64,000 nucleotides of DNA from an uncultured Citromicrobium sp. (GCA_964574905.1 CAZNOY010000013.1:1936-65935), one strand, 5' to 3'. Numbered from the stretch's first letter, positions 51,136-63,351 are shown. Notes: a model not told the origin generated them from the sequence alone. Numbers and translations are program-made.

Positions 51136-52682
51136 GCGCGGTGTGGAACGCGCTGCTGGGGCTGGGCGACGTGCTCGCGCAGCACGTCATCCTCGCCGCC
51201 TGCGCGATCGGCCTGGGCATCGCGGTGGCACTGCCGCTGGCGGTGTGGGCGAGCCGCAGCCAGGCGGTCAGCCGCGGCGCGCTCGGTTTCGCGAGCCTCG
51301 TCCAGACGATCCCCGCGCTCGCGCTGCTGGCGCTCTTCTTCCCGATCCTGCTGTCCTTGCGTGCGGTGTTCGGCGAGGGCCTGCCGACGCTCGGCTTCCT
51401 GCCCGCGCTGCTGGCGCTGGCCCTCTACGCGCTGCTGCCGATCCTGCGCAATGCGGTGACCGCGCAGACCAATCTCGACCCCGGTGTGCTCGAAGCCGCC
51501 GACGGTGTGGGGATGGGTTTCTGGCAGCGGTTGCGGCTGGTCGAAGCACCGCTCGCCGCGCCCTACATCATGGCGGGCATCCGTACCGCTGCGGTGTGGA
51601 CCATCGGCGCAGCGACGCTTTCGACCACCATCGGCCAGCCAAGCCTGGGCGATCCGATCTTCGCCGGGCTGCAGACGCAGAATTGGACACTGGTACTCGC
51701 CGGCTGCATTGCCAGCGCCGGGCTGGCGATCATCGCCGACGCGCTGCTCGGCCTGATCGAGGCCGGCTTCCGGCGTCGCGACCGACGGCTGTGGCTCGGC
51801 GGAGCGATTGCAGTCGCGGTGGGTGTGGCGGCGGCTTTCGTCAGCCAGATCGACTGGAGCCGCGACGACGGGCGCGACACGATCGTGATCGGCACCAAGC
51901 AGTTTTCCGAGCAGCTGATCCTAGGGCGGCTGGTGGGCGACCGGCTGCGCGATGCCGGTTACCGGGTCGAATATCGCGAAGGGCTCGGCTCCGCCGTGGT
52001 CGCGCAGGCTGTCGCCAACGGATCGATCGACATCTATTTCGACTACACCGGCACGATCTGGGCCAACCAGATGAAGCGTACCGACAACCCCGGACGCGAC
52101 GCGATGTACGACGCGATCGTCAAGTGGGAGAGCGAGGTGCAGGGCACCCGCGTGCTGGGCAAGCTGGGCTTCGAAAATGCCTATGCCTTCGCCATGCGAG
52201 AGGATCGCGCGAAGGAGCTCGGCATTACCACCATCACCGATCTGGCGCGCGCCGCCCCCCGGCTGGTGGCTGGCGGCGACCCCGAGTGGTTCGAACGGCC
52301 CGAATGGTTCGCGGTGCGCGATGCCTACGGGCTGAAATTCGCGAACGAGCGCAATTTCTCGCCCACCTTCATGTACGACGCGCTGCGATCGAACGAGGCG
52401 GACGTCATCACCGCCTACACCTCCGACGGGCGGATCGCGGCGGACAGACTGCGCGTGCTCGAAGACCCGCGCGAGGCTCTGCCGAGCTACGACACGCTGA
52501 TCATCCTTTCACCTGAGCGCGCGAACGACAAACGGTTGATAGCCGCGCTGCGCCCGCTGCTGGGAACGATCAATGTCGAGGCCATGCGCGAGGCGAACTT
52601 CTCGGTCGACCGCACCGATGGCGAGAAGAGATCTCCGCAACAGGCGGCAGAGGCGCTCGCCAAGGAAATCGGGCTGGAGTGA
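51132..52682 (+). CDS. fused ABC permease and substrate-binding (OpuAC-like) protein
   Basis: N-terminal six-transmembrane permease followed by a periplasmic binding domain (TIVIGTKQFSEQLILG...DYTGTIW). Confidence 0.85.
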
Positions 52683-52709
52683 GGCTGCGGTTCGCGGGCG
52701 CGCAGGCGT

Positions 52710-53135
52710 CTAGGGCCGCGTCCACACCTGCGTCTGGCAGAACGGGCCGATGCACCCTTTCACCTCCAGCTCGGTCGCGCTCTTGCGGCGGATGACCGAG
52801 CGGTAGGTCTTGCCCTTCTTCGGGTCGTAGATCTCACCGCGCCACAAATCGTCCTCTTCCCTGAAACCGGTCAGCACGGGCAGCCCCATCAGCTTGCGGC
52901 TGCGCAGCGACTTCTTGGGGTTGTTGATGTCGCGCTGGTCCGCACCGTCGGGGGGCGTCACGAGGAATTTGGAGATTTTGCCGCACAGGCTCGCGCCGCA
53001 CGCACCCAAGGTCACCACCGCCGTGCGATCCTGCGTGATCCACCTGCCGGTGATGGGCTCCGCTGCGAGGAGCGGAGTGGCGAGCGCGGCGAGCCCGGCA
53101 GCAGCGGCAAGCAATGTGGCGATGATCGTTCTCAT
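52710..53135 (-). CDS. DUF2147 domain protein (secreted)
   Basis: GRWITQD...LCGKI...WRGEIYDPKKGKTY. Confidence 0.75.
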   Translation of the reverse strand: MRTIIATLLAAAAGLAALATPLLAAEPITGRWITQDRTAVVTLGACGASLCGKISKFLVTPPDGADQRDINNPKKSLRSRKLMGLPVLTGFREEDDLWRGEIYDPKKGKTYRSVIRRKSATELEVKGCIGPFCQTQVWTRP

Positions 53136-53148
53136 GGGGCGCAAACGG

Positions 53149-54228
53149 TCAGCTATTGGCACCGTTCCGCAGCCCTGCCGCGTCGGGCCAATCGGGGTGA
53201 ACGAAAGCCATCACCTTGAACAGCGCGCCCATCTGATCGCGCGCGGTCAGCCTTGCGCGTGCCGTTTCGACCTCCTCCGCCCGCTCTGGCGCTGCCTTGG
53301 CGAGCGCGGCGGCGCGGGCGTCGATCCCGAGCGCGGCTAACCATTCGCCTTGCGTCGCGCTGCCGAGCACCCGCGCGCCCTCGCGCTGCGCGACCTCGGC
53401 CAGAGCGGCGAAGTCGACATGCGCGGTGAGATCCGCCGTGCCCGGATCGGCCAGCGGATCGACCTTCCGGTGCCGCGCAATCGCCTGAAGGGTAGAGCCA
53501 GCGCGCGGCGCGAGGTGTCCGTAGTCGATCGCCAGCGCCGCCCCGCCCTGCGCCGCCAGCCGCCGCGCGATCTCGCCCATCACAGCCGCTGCCGCCGGGC
53601 AGGTCTCGATAATCGTTCCGGGTGCGCTGTCCGCCCACGCATCGGGCACCGCGCCATCCATCGGTTGATCGCCTGCAACGAACACGAAGGCGCGATCCTC
53701 ACCCACCCCGACCATCCGTTCGCGCCAGCCCTTCTCCGTCCGCACCAGCTGGCGCACGGGCAGCGCGTCGAAGAACTCGTTGGCGACCAGCAGCAGCGGG
53801 CGATCCTCGGGCACGCTCGACAGGTCGTCGTGAAAATGCGCGCCGGGCACCGCCTGCGCCTGCAAGGCGCGCAGCGGAGGCGATCCCTCGATGAAATGCA
53901 CCTGCGGAGACAGGCCGAAACGCGCCATGCTGCGCAGCGCATCGCTCGCCAGAGTGCCGCGCCCCGGCCCCAGCTCGCAATAGATCGCATCCTTAGGTGC
54001 GCCCGCGCGGGTCCAGATATCGGCCAGCCACAGGCCGACAAGCTCGCCGAACATCTGGCTGATTTCGGGCGCGGTCGTGAAGTCGCCTGCACTGCCCAGC
54101 GGATCGCGCGCGGCATAGTAGTGCGCGTTGCTCTCGCCCATAAAGCGCGCGACCGGCAGCGGCCCGTGCACGGCGATCAGCCGCGCGAAGCGCTGGGCGA
54201 GACTCTTGCGGTCGGTCGCTTCGTTCAG
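53149..54228 (-). CDS. MidA/NDUFAF7-like SAM-dependent methyltransferase (DUF185)
   Basis: GDFTTAPEISQMFGELVGLW and downstream blocks. The start is uncertain: no in-frame ATG, GTG or TTG lies upstream of the conserved N-terminus. Confidence 0.8.
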   Translation of the reverse strand: MNEATDRKSLAQRFARLIAVHGPLPVARFMGESNAHYYAARDPLGSAGDFTTAPEISQMFGELVGLWLADIWTRAGAPKDAIYCELGPGRGTLASDALRSMARFGLSPQVHFIEGSPPLRALQAQAVPGAHFHDDLSSVPEDRPLLLVANEFFDALPVRQLVRTEKGWRERMVGVGEDRAFVFVAGDQPMDGAVPDAWADSAPGTIIETCPAAAAVMGEIARRLAAQGGAALAIDYGHLAPRAGSTLQAIARHRKVDPLADPGTADLTAHVDFAALAEVAQREGARVLGSATQGEWLAALGIDARAAALAKAAPERAEEVETARARLTARDQMGALFKVMAFVHPDWPDAAGLRNGANS

Positions 54229-55121
54229 GATGCGCTCTCGGGTTCTTCCTGCGGCACCGGTTTCGCCGTGCCCGTCTTTCCCCTGAGGGCGTAGAAGGCG
54301 ACGCCCAGCCCGATCAGGATCATCGGAATGCTCAGCCACTGGCCCATCGAAAGCCCGGTCGAATGGGCGAACTCGGTCAGCTGGGCATCGGGCTGGCGGA
54401 AGAATTCGTTGATGAAGCGCGCGATCGCGATGCCGGCGGTGAACACGCCGACCAGCAGGCCCGGCTTCCACCGCGCCCGGGTCAGCCAGAACAGCGAGAG
54501 CATGATGATCGCCATCGCCAGCCCTTCGAGCCCGGCCTGGTAGAGCTGGCTGGGGTGGCGCGCGAGATGATCGGGGTCGGTCGGAAAGACCATCGCCCAC
54601 GGCACATCGGTGGGGCGGCCCCACAGCTCGCCGTTCACGAAGTTGGCCAGCCGTCCGAAGAACATGCCGAAGGGCACGTTGACCGCGATATAGTCGGCGA
54701 CGCGCAGCCAGTTGAGGTTGTTGCGAAAACTGACCCACAGCAGCGCCAGCACCACGCCGATCACCCCGCCGTGGAAGCTCATCCCGCCATCCCACAGGCG
54801 CGGGAGTGCCCAGGGCATCCAGCCTTCGTGGCTGAAATCGACGAACAGCTCAGGCTTGTAGAAGATCGCGTAGCCCAGCCGCCCGCCGAAGATCACACCG
54901 AGCGTGCAATAAAAAAGCAGATCCTCGACATGCTTCTGGGCCATCGGCGCGCCGGGCGCCTTGATCATCCGCGAGAGATGAAAATACGCTACGACAATGC
55001 CGAAAATGTAAGCCAGCGAGTACCAGCGCAGGGTGAAAAAGCCGAGGTCGATCCCCGGCGTAAGCCCCAGATCAGACCAGTTAATCGGCTGATTTGCGGC
55101 TTCGGCGACTAGTGACAGCAT
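54225..55121 (-). CDS. lgt: prolipoprotein diacylglyceryl transferase
   Basis: FTLRWYSLAYIFG, SFHGGVIG, GRLANFVNGELWGR. Confidence 0.92.
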   Translation of the reverse strand: MLSLVAEAANQPINWSDLGLTPGIDLGFFTLRWYSLAYIFGIVVAYFHLSRMIKAPGAPMAQKHVEDLLFYCTLGVIFGGRLGYAIFYKPELFVDFSHEGWMPWALPRLWDGGMSFHGGVIGVVLALLWVSFRNNLNWLRVADYIAVNVPFGMFFGRLANFVNGELWGRPTDVPWAMVFPTDPDHLARHPSQLYQAGLEGLAMAIIMLSLFWLTRARWKPGLLVGVFTAGIAIARFINEFFRQPDAQLTEFAHSTGLSMGQWLSIPMILIGLGVAFYALRGKTGTAKPVPQEEPESAS

Positions 55122-55259
55122 CCCATCGACCCCTTAGAGATACGCCCGAACGGCCTCGCACTCGTGGCAATGCGGCGTGCATTGGCACAGCGACGCGCCA
55201 GACAAAAGGGACAATGCGACCCGCGCGAGCACGTGCGGGCGCACAACGAGAGGATACGC

Positions 55260-56947
<1,688 letters not shown>

Positions 56948-56951
<4 letters not shown>

Positions 56952-59704
56952 GCGCCCCGCCCCTCTCCAACCAGCGCGCCATCATCGACCGGCGCAAGCT
57001 CGCGGCCCTGATCGCCGCGACGCAGGAGCAGGACGGCACCGCGCGCGACGCGGTGCTGGCGATGCTGCGCGAGGCGCTCGATGCGGGGCGCGCAGAACTG
57101 TCGCGCAGGCTGGCCGAGCATCCTTCGGCGGGCCACGCGCATTGCGGGGGCAACAGCTTCCTGATCGATCAGCTGATGCGGCTGATTCATGATTACGCTG
57201 CCACCCGGCTTGCCCCCGTGCTGGAGGGCGAACGGGCGCGCGCGCTCACGCTGGTGGCTGCGGGCGGATACGGGCGCGAGGAACTGGCCCCGCATTCGGA
57301 CATCGACATCGCGTTCTTCGTCGAACGCGCTGACGACCCGCGCACGGTCAAGCTGATCGAGGCGATCCTCTACCTGATGTGGGATCTGGGGCTGACGGTC
57401 GGCCATTCGGTGCGCACGGTCGACGATATCGTTGCCATGTCGAAAGCCGACGGCACGATCCTGACCTCGCTGCTCGAATGCCGTTACCTGTGGGGGGACG
57501 AGGCGCTCTACGAAGAGGCGCGGCGACGCTTCTACGCCGAGGTGGTCGCCGGACACGAGCGGCAGTTCGTCGCCGAAAAGCTGCGCGAACGCGATGCCCG
57601 GCACAAGCGGATGGGCGACACGCGCTACGTGGTCGAACCCAATGTGAAGGAAGGCAAGGGCGGCCTGCGCGATCTGCATGCGCTGTACTGGATCGGCAAA
57701 TGCATCCACCGCGTGCGCAACGCGGCGGAACTGGTCGATGCGGGGCTGTTCACCAAGGCGGAGTATCGCAGCTTCCGCCGCGCGGAAGGCTTCCTGCTCG
57801 CCGTGCGCTGCCACCTGCACGAGATCACCGGCCGGGCAGAGGATCGCCTGACCTTCGACCTGCAAAAGGAAATCGCGCGGCGGATGCACTTCGCCGACCG
57901 GCAGGGCAAGAGCGCGGTCGAGCGGTTCATGCAGTACTATTTCCTCCAGGCGAAACGGGTCGGATCGCTCACCGGCGTGTTCCTCAGCCAGCTGGAGGAT
58001 CAGTTCGCCAAAAAGCGCGTGCGGCGCGGGCTGCTGGCGGGGTTCACTGCAAAGCCGCGCACGCTGCGCGGCTACACCGTGTTCGCGGGCAAGCTCGCCG
58101 CGCCGGGCGACGAGTGGTTCCGCAAGGACCCTGTGCGCCTGATCGAGATCTTCCAGATCGCCGAGAGCGAACAGCTGGAGATCGACCCGCGCACGATGCG
58201 GCAGGCGGACCGCGACAGCGGATCGATCAACGATGCGGTGCGCGACGATCCGCGCGCCAACGCGCTGTTCCTCGATCTGCTGGCCGGGCGCAACGACCCG
58301 GAAACCGTGCTGCGCTGGATGAACGAGGCGGGCGTGTTCGGCCGCTTCGTGCCCGATTTCGGGCGGGTCAACGCGCAGATGCAGTTCAACATGTATCACC
58401 ACTACACGGTCGACGAGCACACGATCCGCGCGATCGGTTTTCTCCACGCGATCGAGCAGGGCGAGCTGGCGGAGGAACACCCGCGCGCGACCCGCGAAAT
58501 CCATAGCCTGAAGAGCCGCCGCGTGGCCTTCGTCGCCACGCTGCTGCACGACATCGCCAAGGGGCGCGGCGGCGACCATTCGATCCTCGGTGCCGAGGTT
58601 GCGGAACGGCTGTGCCCGCGTTTCGGGCTGACCGAAGAGGAAACCGAACTGGTCGCGTGGCTCGTGCGCCAGCACCTGTTGATGAGCCACACCGCGTTCA
58701 AGCGCGACCTCGCCGACCCCAAGACGGTCGAGGATTTCGTCGCCGAGGTGCAAACGCTCGAGCGCTTGCGCCAGCTCGCGATCCTGACTGCGGTCGATAT
58801 CCGCGCGGTGGGCCCGGGCACCTGGAACAGCTGGAAGGGCCAGCTGCTCGGCGAACTCTACGACCTGACGCACGAACGCCTGCGGCTGGGCCATGCCACC
58901 AGCGGGCGCGAGGGGCGCGTGGCCGCGAAGAAGGATGCGGTGCGCGAGGCGCTGGGTGACAAGGCGGGGCTGATGGACAAGCTGGGCAACCTGCTCACCG
59001 CGCCATACTGGATCGCCGAACCGCCCGACATCGCGGCGCGCAACATCGTGCAGTACTCGGTCGCGCGCGAGCGGGGCGAGGCGCTGTCGGTCCATTGCGA
59101 GGCGGACGAGGAACGGGGCGCGACGCTGGTCACGGTGATCGCCGCCGACCATCCGGGCATTTTCATGCGCATCGCGGGCGCGATCCATCTCGTCGGCGGC
59201 AACATCATCGACGCGCGCGTCCACACCACGCGCACCGGCTTCGCGATCGACAACTTCCTCGTGCAGGATCCGCACGGGCGCCCGTTCGGCGAAGACACCC
59301 AGCTCGAGAGGATCGAGCGCAGCATTGCCGAGACGCTGACCAGCGGGAAGCAGCTGGTGCCCAAGCTCGCCCAGCGCCCCTTGCCCATTCGCGGCGCGGG
59401 CGCGTTCGACGTGCGGCCCTTCGTCGCGTTCGACAACGACGCTTCGCACCGGTTCACCGTGATCGAAGTCGGCGCGCGCGACCGGCCTGCGCTGCTCAAC
59501 CGGCTGGCGCGGGTGCTGTTCGAACATCACGCGATGCTCCGCTCGGCCCATATCACCCACTATGGCGAGCGCGCGGCGGACACCTTTTACGTGACCGACC
59601 TGACCGGCGACAAGATCACCGACGAAGCACGGCTCGCAGGGCTGCGCACCGCGCTGATCGACGCGGCGAGCGACGAGATGCAGGCCGAGCTGGAGCCTGC
59701 CTGA
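56948..59704 (+). CDS. glnD: [protein-PII] uridylyltransferase/uridylyl-removing enzyme
   Basis: Nucleotidyltransferase (GGYGREELAPHSDIDI), HD domain (LLHDIAKG) and two C-terminal ACT-like regions. The in-frame TTG at 56948 overlaps the upstream TGA. Confidence 0.92.
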
Positions 59705-59995
59705 GCGCCCGTGCGACGCTCGGTTGCGCAAAGCGCAAGTTGACGAAGCACATGCAGCGCAGTGTGTTTGAAGAAGCGCGCCCGGAGGCGTCGCGGATCA
59801 CGATGTGAAAGAGCGGGCCAGCGACGCTAGCATCGGGCGCGCAAGTAGGAAAACGCGTGGCGGGTAGGCGGTGCAGAGAAGAATGACGACTTTGCGCCCT
59901 AATTTCGGTCGTTTGCATCCTCGTTCTAGCCACCCGCAAGCGGACTATGAGATTGCGGACCTATGTTAACGTTGAAAGATGGTTTTCTAGAGCAT

Positions 59996-60016
59996 GATTG
60001 GAGTCGCGCTCCAATC
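59996..60016 (+). other. perfect 8-bp hairpin (gattggag-tcgcg-ctccaatc) in the AT-rich islet leader
   Basis: Read directly. Confidence 0.5.
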
Positions 60017-60168
60017 TTAGCCCGCTCCCACCTAGGAGGGCGTGCGGCCATCTAGTATCACAAGACAAATGGGGATCGGTCACATGAGCGTCTATCGCCA
60101 CTTAAATATCTGATTAAAATGCTACCTCGGCTTTCTGAGGTAGACTGTGGTGCTTAGCGACGAAGTCC

Positions 60169-60191
60169 ACAGGACTGTCGGTCAGTCCTGT
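60169..60191 (+). other. perfect 9-bp hairpin (acaggactg-tcggt-cagtcctgt), 35 nt upstream of the SIR2 gene ATG
   Basis: Read directly. No T-run follows, so it is not a canonical terminator. Confidence 0.5.
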
Positions 60192-60225
60192 AGCGAACGC
60201 AGCCACGATCAAATGGTGAGGCGCG

Positions 60226-62007
60226 ATGAGTATACTGGCTGACGATCCCCTCACACAGCTTTCCTTCTCCGTTCACCAGAATAAGGGCGTATTCGCCTTG
60301 TTGCTCGGCTCGGGCCTGTCCCGCGCTGCAGGCATCCCGACAGGTTGGGAAATCACTCTGGACCTGATCCGCCGCGTTGCCCTTGCCCAAGGTGTGGAGA
60401 AACAGACAGATTGGGCTGATTGGTATCGCAAGAAGACAGGCCAGGAACCCGACTATTCTGCTCTGCTTGAAGAGCTCGGCGCATCGCCTGACGAGCGCCG
60501 TTCGATTTTGCACGGTTACATCGAACCGACCGATGAAGACCGTGAAGAAGGGCGAAAGGTTCCGACGGCTGCACATCAAGCTATCGCCGATCTCATTCAA
60601 AGCGGCCACATTCGCGTTGTCATTACGACCAACTTTGACCGCCTCTTGGAAAATGCCTTGCGGGAGCGTGGCGTCGAACCCACCGTCGTGGCGTCCGCCG
60701 ATGCGCTGGAAGGTGCGGAGCCGCTAACCCACACTTCTTGCTACATTTTGAAACTTCACGGGGACTATAAGGATGCGCGCATCCTGAACACGGATGCGGA
60801 ATTAAGCGCATACCCCGAGCAGTATGAAGTTGCCCTCGACCGCATTCTTGACGAGCATGGTTTGATCGTATGTGGCTGGTCAGGCGAGTGGGACCACGCC
60901 TTGCGCGCCGCATTTCTACGCGCACCAAACAGGCGATACACTGTCTATTGGGCTTCGCGAGGTGCACCGAAGGAGGGCGCGGACGAATTAATCAAGCATC
61001 GTGCGGCACGCTTGATTCCGATATCTGACGCCGACAGTTTTTTCGGGGGGCTTCGCCAGCGCGTGGAAACGCTTGAGGAAAGCCAACGGCAAGATCCTGT
61101 CAGTATTGATCTTCAGGTCGGTAGCGCTAAGCGCTTCCTCGCAAGGCCTGAATACCGCATCCAGCTCGACCAACTTTTTGCCGACGAGACAGAGCGGCTT
61201 CTTGCGCAACTCGATAACCCCGAATTCTCCGCGCAAGGGTCATGGGACCAAGAGCAATTCAGAAACCGCGTCGCAAGGTACAACGCCGCCAGCGAGACGC
61301 TTGCCTCCATGGTCGGTGTGCTTGGGCGTTGGGGTGATGGAACCGAATTCCGACTCGTTCTCGATGTCATTCGCACTCTGTCTGCTCATGCCGACAAAGA
61401 AGGTAGTGGCCTGACAGTCTATCTTGGTCTTCGCTCCTATCCTGCTGTTTTGATCTTCACAGCGTACGGCTTGGGGCTGGTCAGGGCCGAGCGCTGGGAC
61501 GTTCTCCACCAACTTTACTCCGCGACGATCGACAAAAAATACGGCGACCCAGTTCGCATTGTGGACTCGCTTTTTCTGTGGGCTTGGAGTGGTGACGAGA
61601 AAAGCGTCTGGCAGCAGATGGAAGGCATGGAGCGGCATAAGACGCCGCTCAGTGATTACCTGTTGTCGCTATTTTCCGATTGGGGAAAACGGTTCATCGG
61701 CCTGACTCCCGACTTCGAGCTCATGTTCGAGCGCTTCGAATTTCTCGGATCACTGGTGCATCTGGAACAGAACGAAAAGGCCGATATCGATAAGCAACTC
61801 GCAGAAGGACAAAGCCGAAATTTCGCCTGGATGCCCGTTGGTAGGTCGGGCTGGAATGGAAAGAACGCCCAGAAGCTGGTCGCGGAGATTCAGGTCGATG
61901 TCAGGAAGGTCACCCTTGCAAACGCAGGGTTCGGAAAGGGCGATCCGGCGTTCATCGACGTGTTTGTAGAAAATTTCAGGCGTATCGCAGGCCAGATGCG
62001 TTGGTAA
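60226..62007 (+). CDS. SIR2_2-like (defence-type sirtuin/NADase) domain protein with an unassigned C-terminal domain
   Basis: Ordered motifs LLLGSGLSRAAGIPTGWEITLDL, VVITTNFDRLLENAL, ILKLHGD, LIVCGWSGEWD. GGTGAGG lies 5 nt upstream of the ATG. Sampled lines give 40-50% GC. Confidence 0.8.
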   Translation: MSILADDPLTQLSFSVHQNKGVFALLLGSGLSRAAGIPTGWEITLDLIRRVALAQGVEKQTDWADWYRKKTGQEPDYSALLEELGASPDERRSILHGYIEPTDEDREEGRKVPTAAHQAIADLIQSGHIRVVITTNFDRLLENALRERGVEPTVVASADALEGAEPLTHTSCYILKLHGDYKDARILNTDAELSAYPEQYEVALDRILDEHGLIVCGWSGEWDHALRAAFLRAPNRRYTVYWASRGAPKEGADELIKHRAARLIPISDADSFFGGLRQRVETLEESQRQDPVSIDLQVGSAKRFLARPEYRIQLDQLFADETERLLAQLDNPEFSAQGSWDQEQFRNRVARYNAASETLASMVGVLGRWGDGTEFRLVLDVIRTLSAHADKEGSGLTVYLGLRSYPAVLIFTAYGLGLVRAERWDVLHQLYSATIDKKYGDPVRIVDSLFLWAWSGDEKSVWQQMEGMERHKTPLSDYLLSLFSDWGKRFIGLTPDFELMFERFEFLGSLVHLEQNEKADIDKQLAEGQSRNFAWMPVGRSGWNGKNAQKLVAEIQVDVRKVTLANAGFGKGDPAFIDVFVENFRRIAGQMRW

Positions 62008-62111
62008 GGCCGTTGGCCGTTTTGCCGACCCCAGGCCGAAGCGTCCGCTATTGAGCGGATAAAGCCCAGAACCGGACAAGCACCCCACGCCCACAAGCCG
62101 CCCCTAGCCCG

Positions 62112-62783
62112 TCACCCCCGCGCGCCAAATAGCGCGGAGCCAACGCGCACCTGCGTCGCGCCGAGCATGATCGCGGTCTCGAAGTCGGCGCTCATGCCCA
62201 TGCTCAGGCCCCACGCGCCGGGTTCGGGCTCGTGCCGCCGCGCCAGTTCGCCGAGCAGCGCGAAGAACGGTGCGGGTTCCTTGTCGGCAGGCGGGATGCA
62301 CATCAGGCCGAGCAGGGGGATCTCCCCTTCGTTCGCCTGCGCGATCAGATCGGGCAGGTCGGCAATCGCGCAGCCGCCCTTCTGCTCCTCCTCGCCGACA
62401 TCGACCTGGATGAAGCACGGCACGCGCCTGCCCAGCTTGTCGTAGGCCTTGGCCAGCGCCTTGAGCAGGCTCGGCCGGTCGAGCGAGTGGATGACGTCGA
62501 ACAGCGCGGCCGCGTCCTCCGCCTTGTTCGATTGCAGCTGACCGATCAGGTGCAGTTCCACATCGGGGTAACGTTCGCGCAGCGCGGGCCACTTGTCCTG
62601 CGCCTCCTGCACGCGGTTCTCGCCGAACTGCCGCTGGCCCGCCGCGAGCACCGGCTCGATCGCTTCGGCAGGGTGCGTCTTGCTGACCGCGATCAGGTTC
62701 ACATCACCGGCATCGCGCTTGGCGATCTTGCACGCACGGGCGATCCGCTCTTCGATTTGGCTCAGGGCTGCTGCGCTATCCAT
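62112..62783 (-). CDS. yggS: YggS family pyridoxal-phosphate homeostasis protein
   Basis: LIAVSKTHPAEAI...FGENRVQE...LHLIGQLQSNK...LSMGMSADFE. Confidence 0.9.
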   Translation of the reverse strand: MDSAAALSQIEERIARACKIAKRDAGDVNLIAVSKTHPAEAIEPVLAAGQRQFGENRVQEAQDKWPALRERYPDVELHLIGQLQSNKAEDAAALFDVIHSLDRPSLLKALAKAYDKLGRRVPCFIQVDVGEEEQKGGCAIADLPDLIAQANEGEIPLLGLMCIPPADKEPAPFFALLGELARRHEPEPGAWGLSMGMSADFETAIMLGATQVRVGSALFGARG

Positions 62784-62808
62784 CGCGCGCCGCTATAGCG
62801 TCTGGGCG

Positions 62809-63351
62809 ATGCCGATCCAGCCCCGACCCAAAGAACTGCCATGTCTCTGGCTGCTCTCCGATGCCCGCAACGACGCCGTGCTGGAGGAAGCGCTCGCCAC
62901 GTTGCCCGAAGGCTCGGGGTTCGTCTTTCGCCACTATCACCTGGAGCCGGGCGAACGGCGAGAGAGGTGGGAAATGCTGCGCAGCATTGTGCGCAGCAAA
63001 AATCACCTCATGGTCCTGTCGGGCGATGCAGACACGGGGTTCGAATGGGGTGCCGACGGGATCTATGGTTCGCCGGGGAAGCTCGGCAAAAGACCCGGCC
63101 TGGTGCGACTCGCCACGGCGCATGACGCGCGCGAGATTGACCTCGCCAATCGCAACGGAGCTGACGCGCTGTTCCTCTCCCCGGTCTTTCCCACCCGGTC
63201 GCATCCCGATGGCACAGCGCTGGGTGCAGCGCTGTTTCACGATCTGGCCGCGCGCAGCACCATCCCGGTGATCGCGCTCGGCGGGATGACGGCAGAGCGT
63301 GCGCGCGGCCTCGGCGTACGCAGATGGGCTGCAATCGACGGGCTTTCCTGA
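62809..63351 (+). CDS. thiamine-phosphate synthase family protein
   Basis: LFLSPVFPTRSHPDG...IPVIALGGM. Start is the internal ATG 62809. Confidence 0.7.
   Translation: MPIQPRPKELPCLWLLSDARNDAVLEEALATLPEGSGFVFRHYHLEPGERRERWEMLRSIVRSKNHLMVLSGDADTGFEWGADGIYGSPGKLGKRPGLVRLATAHDAREIDLANRNGADALFLSPVFPTRSHPDGTALGAALFHDLAARSTIPVIALGGMTAERARGLGVRRWAAIDGLS

Noticed and set aside
60154-60609. 151-aa minus-strand ORF overlapping the 5' end of the SIR2 gene.
   Set aside because: It is antisense to a gene with strong motifs. It has no ribosome-binding site or recognisable features.
59933-62100. Direct repeats flanking the SIR2 islet (cccgcaagcgg at 59933-59943 versus cccacaagccg at 62090-62100).
   Set aside because: They match at only 9 of 11 positions in GC-rich sequence. 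That is too weak to call an att site.
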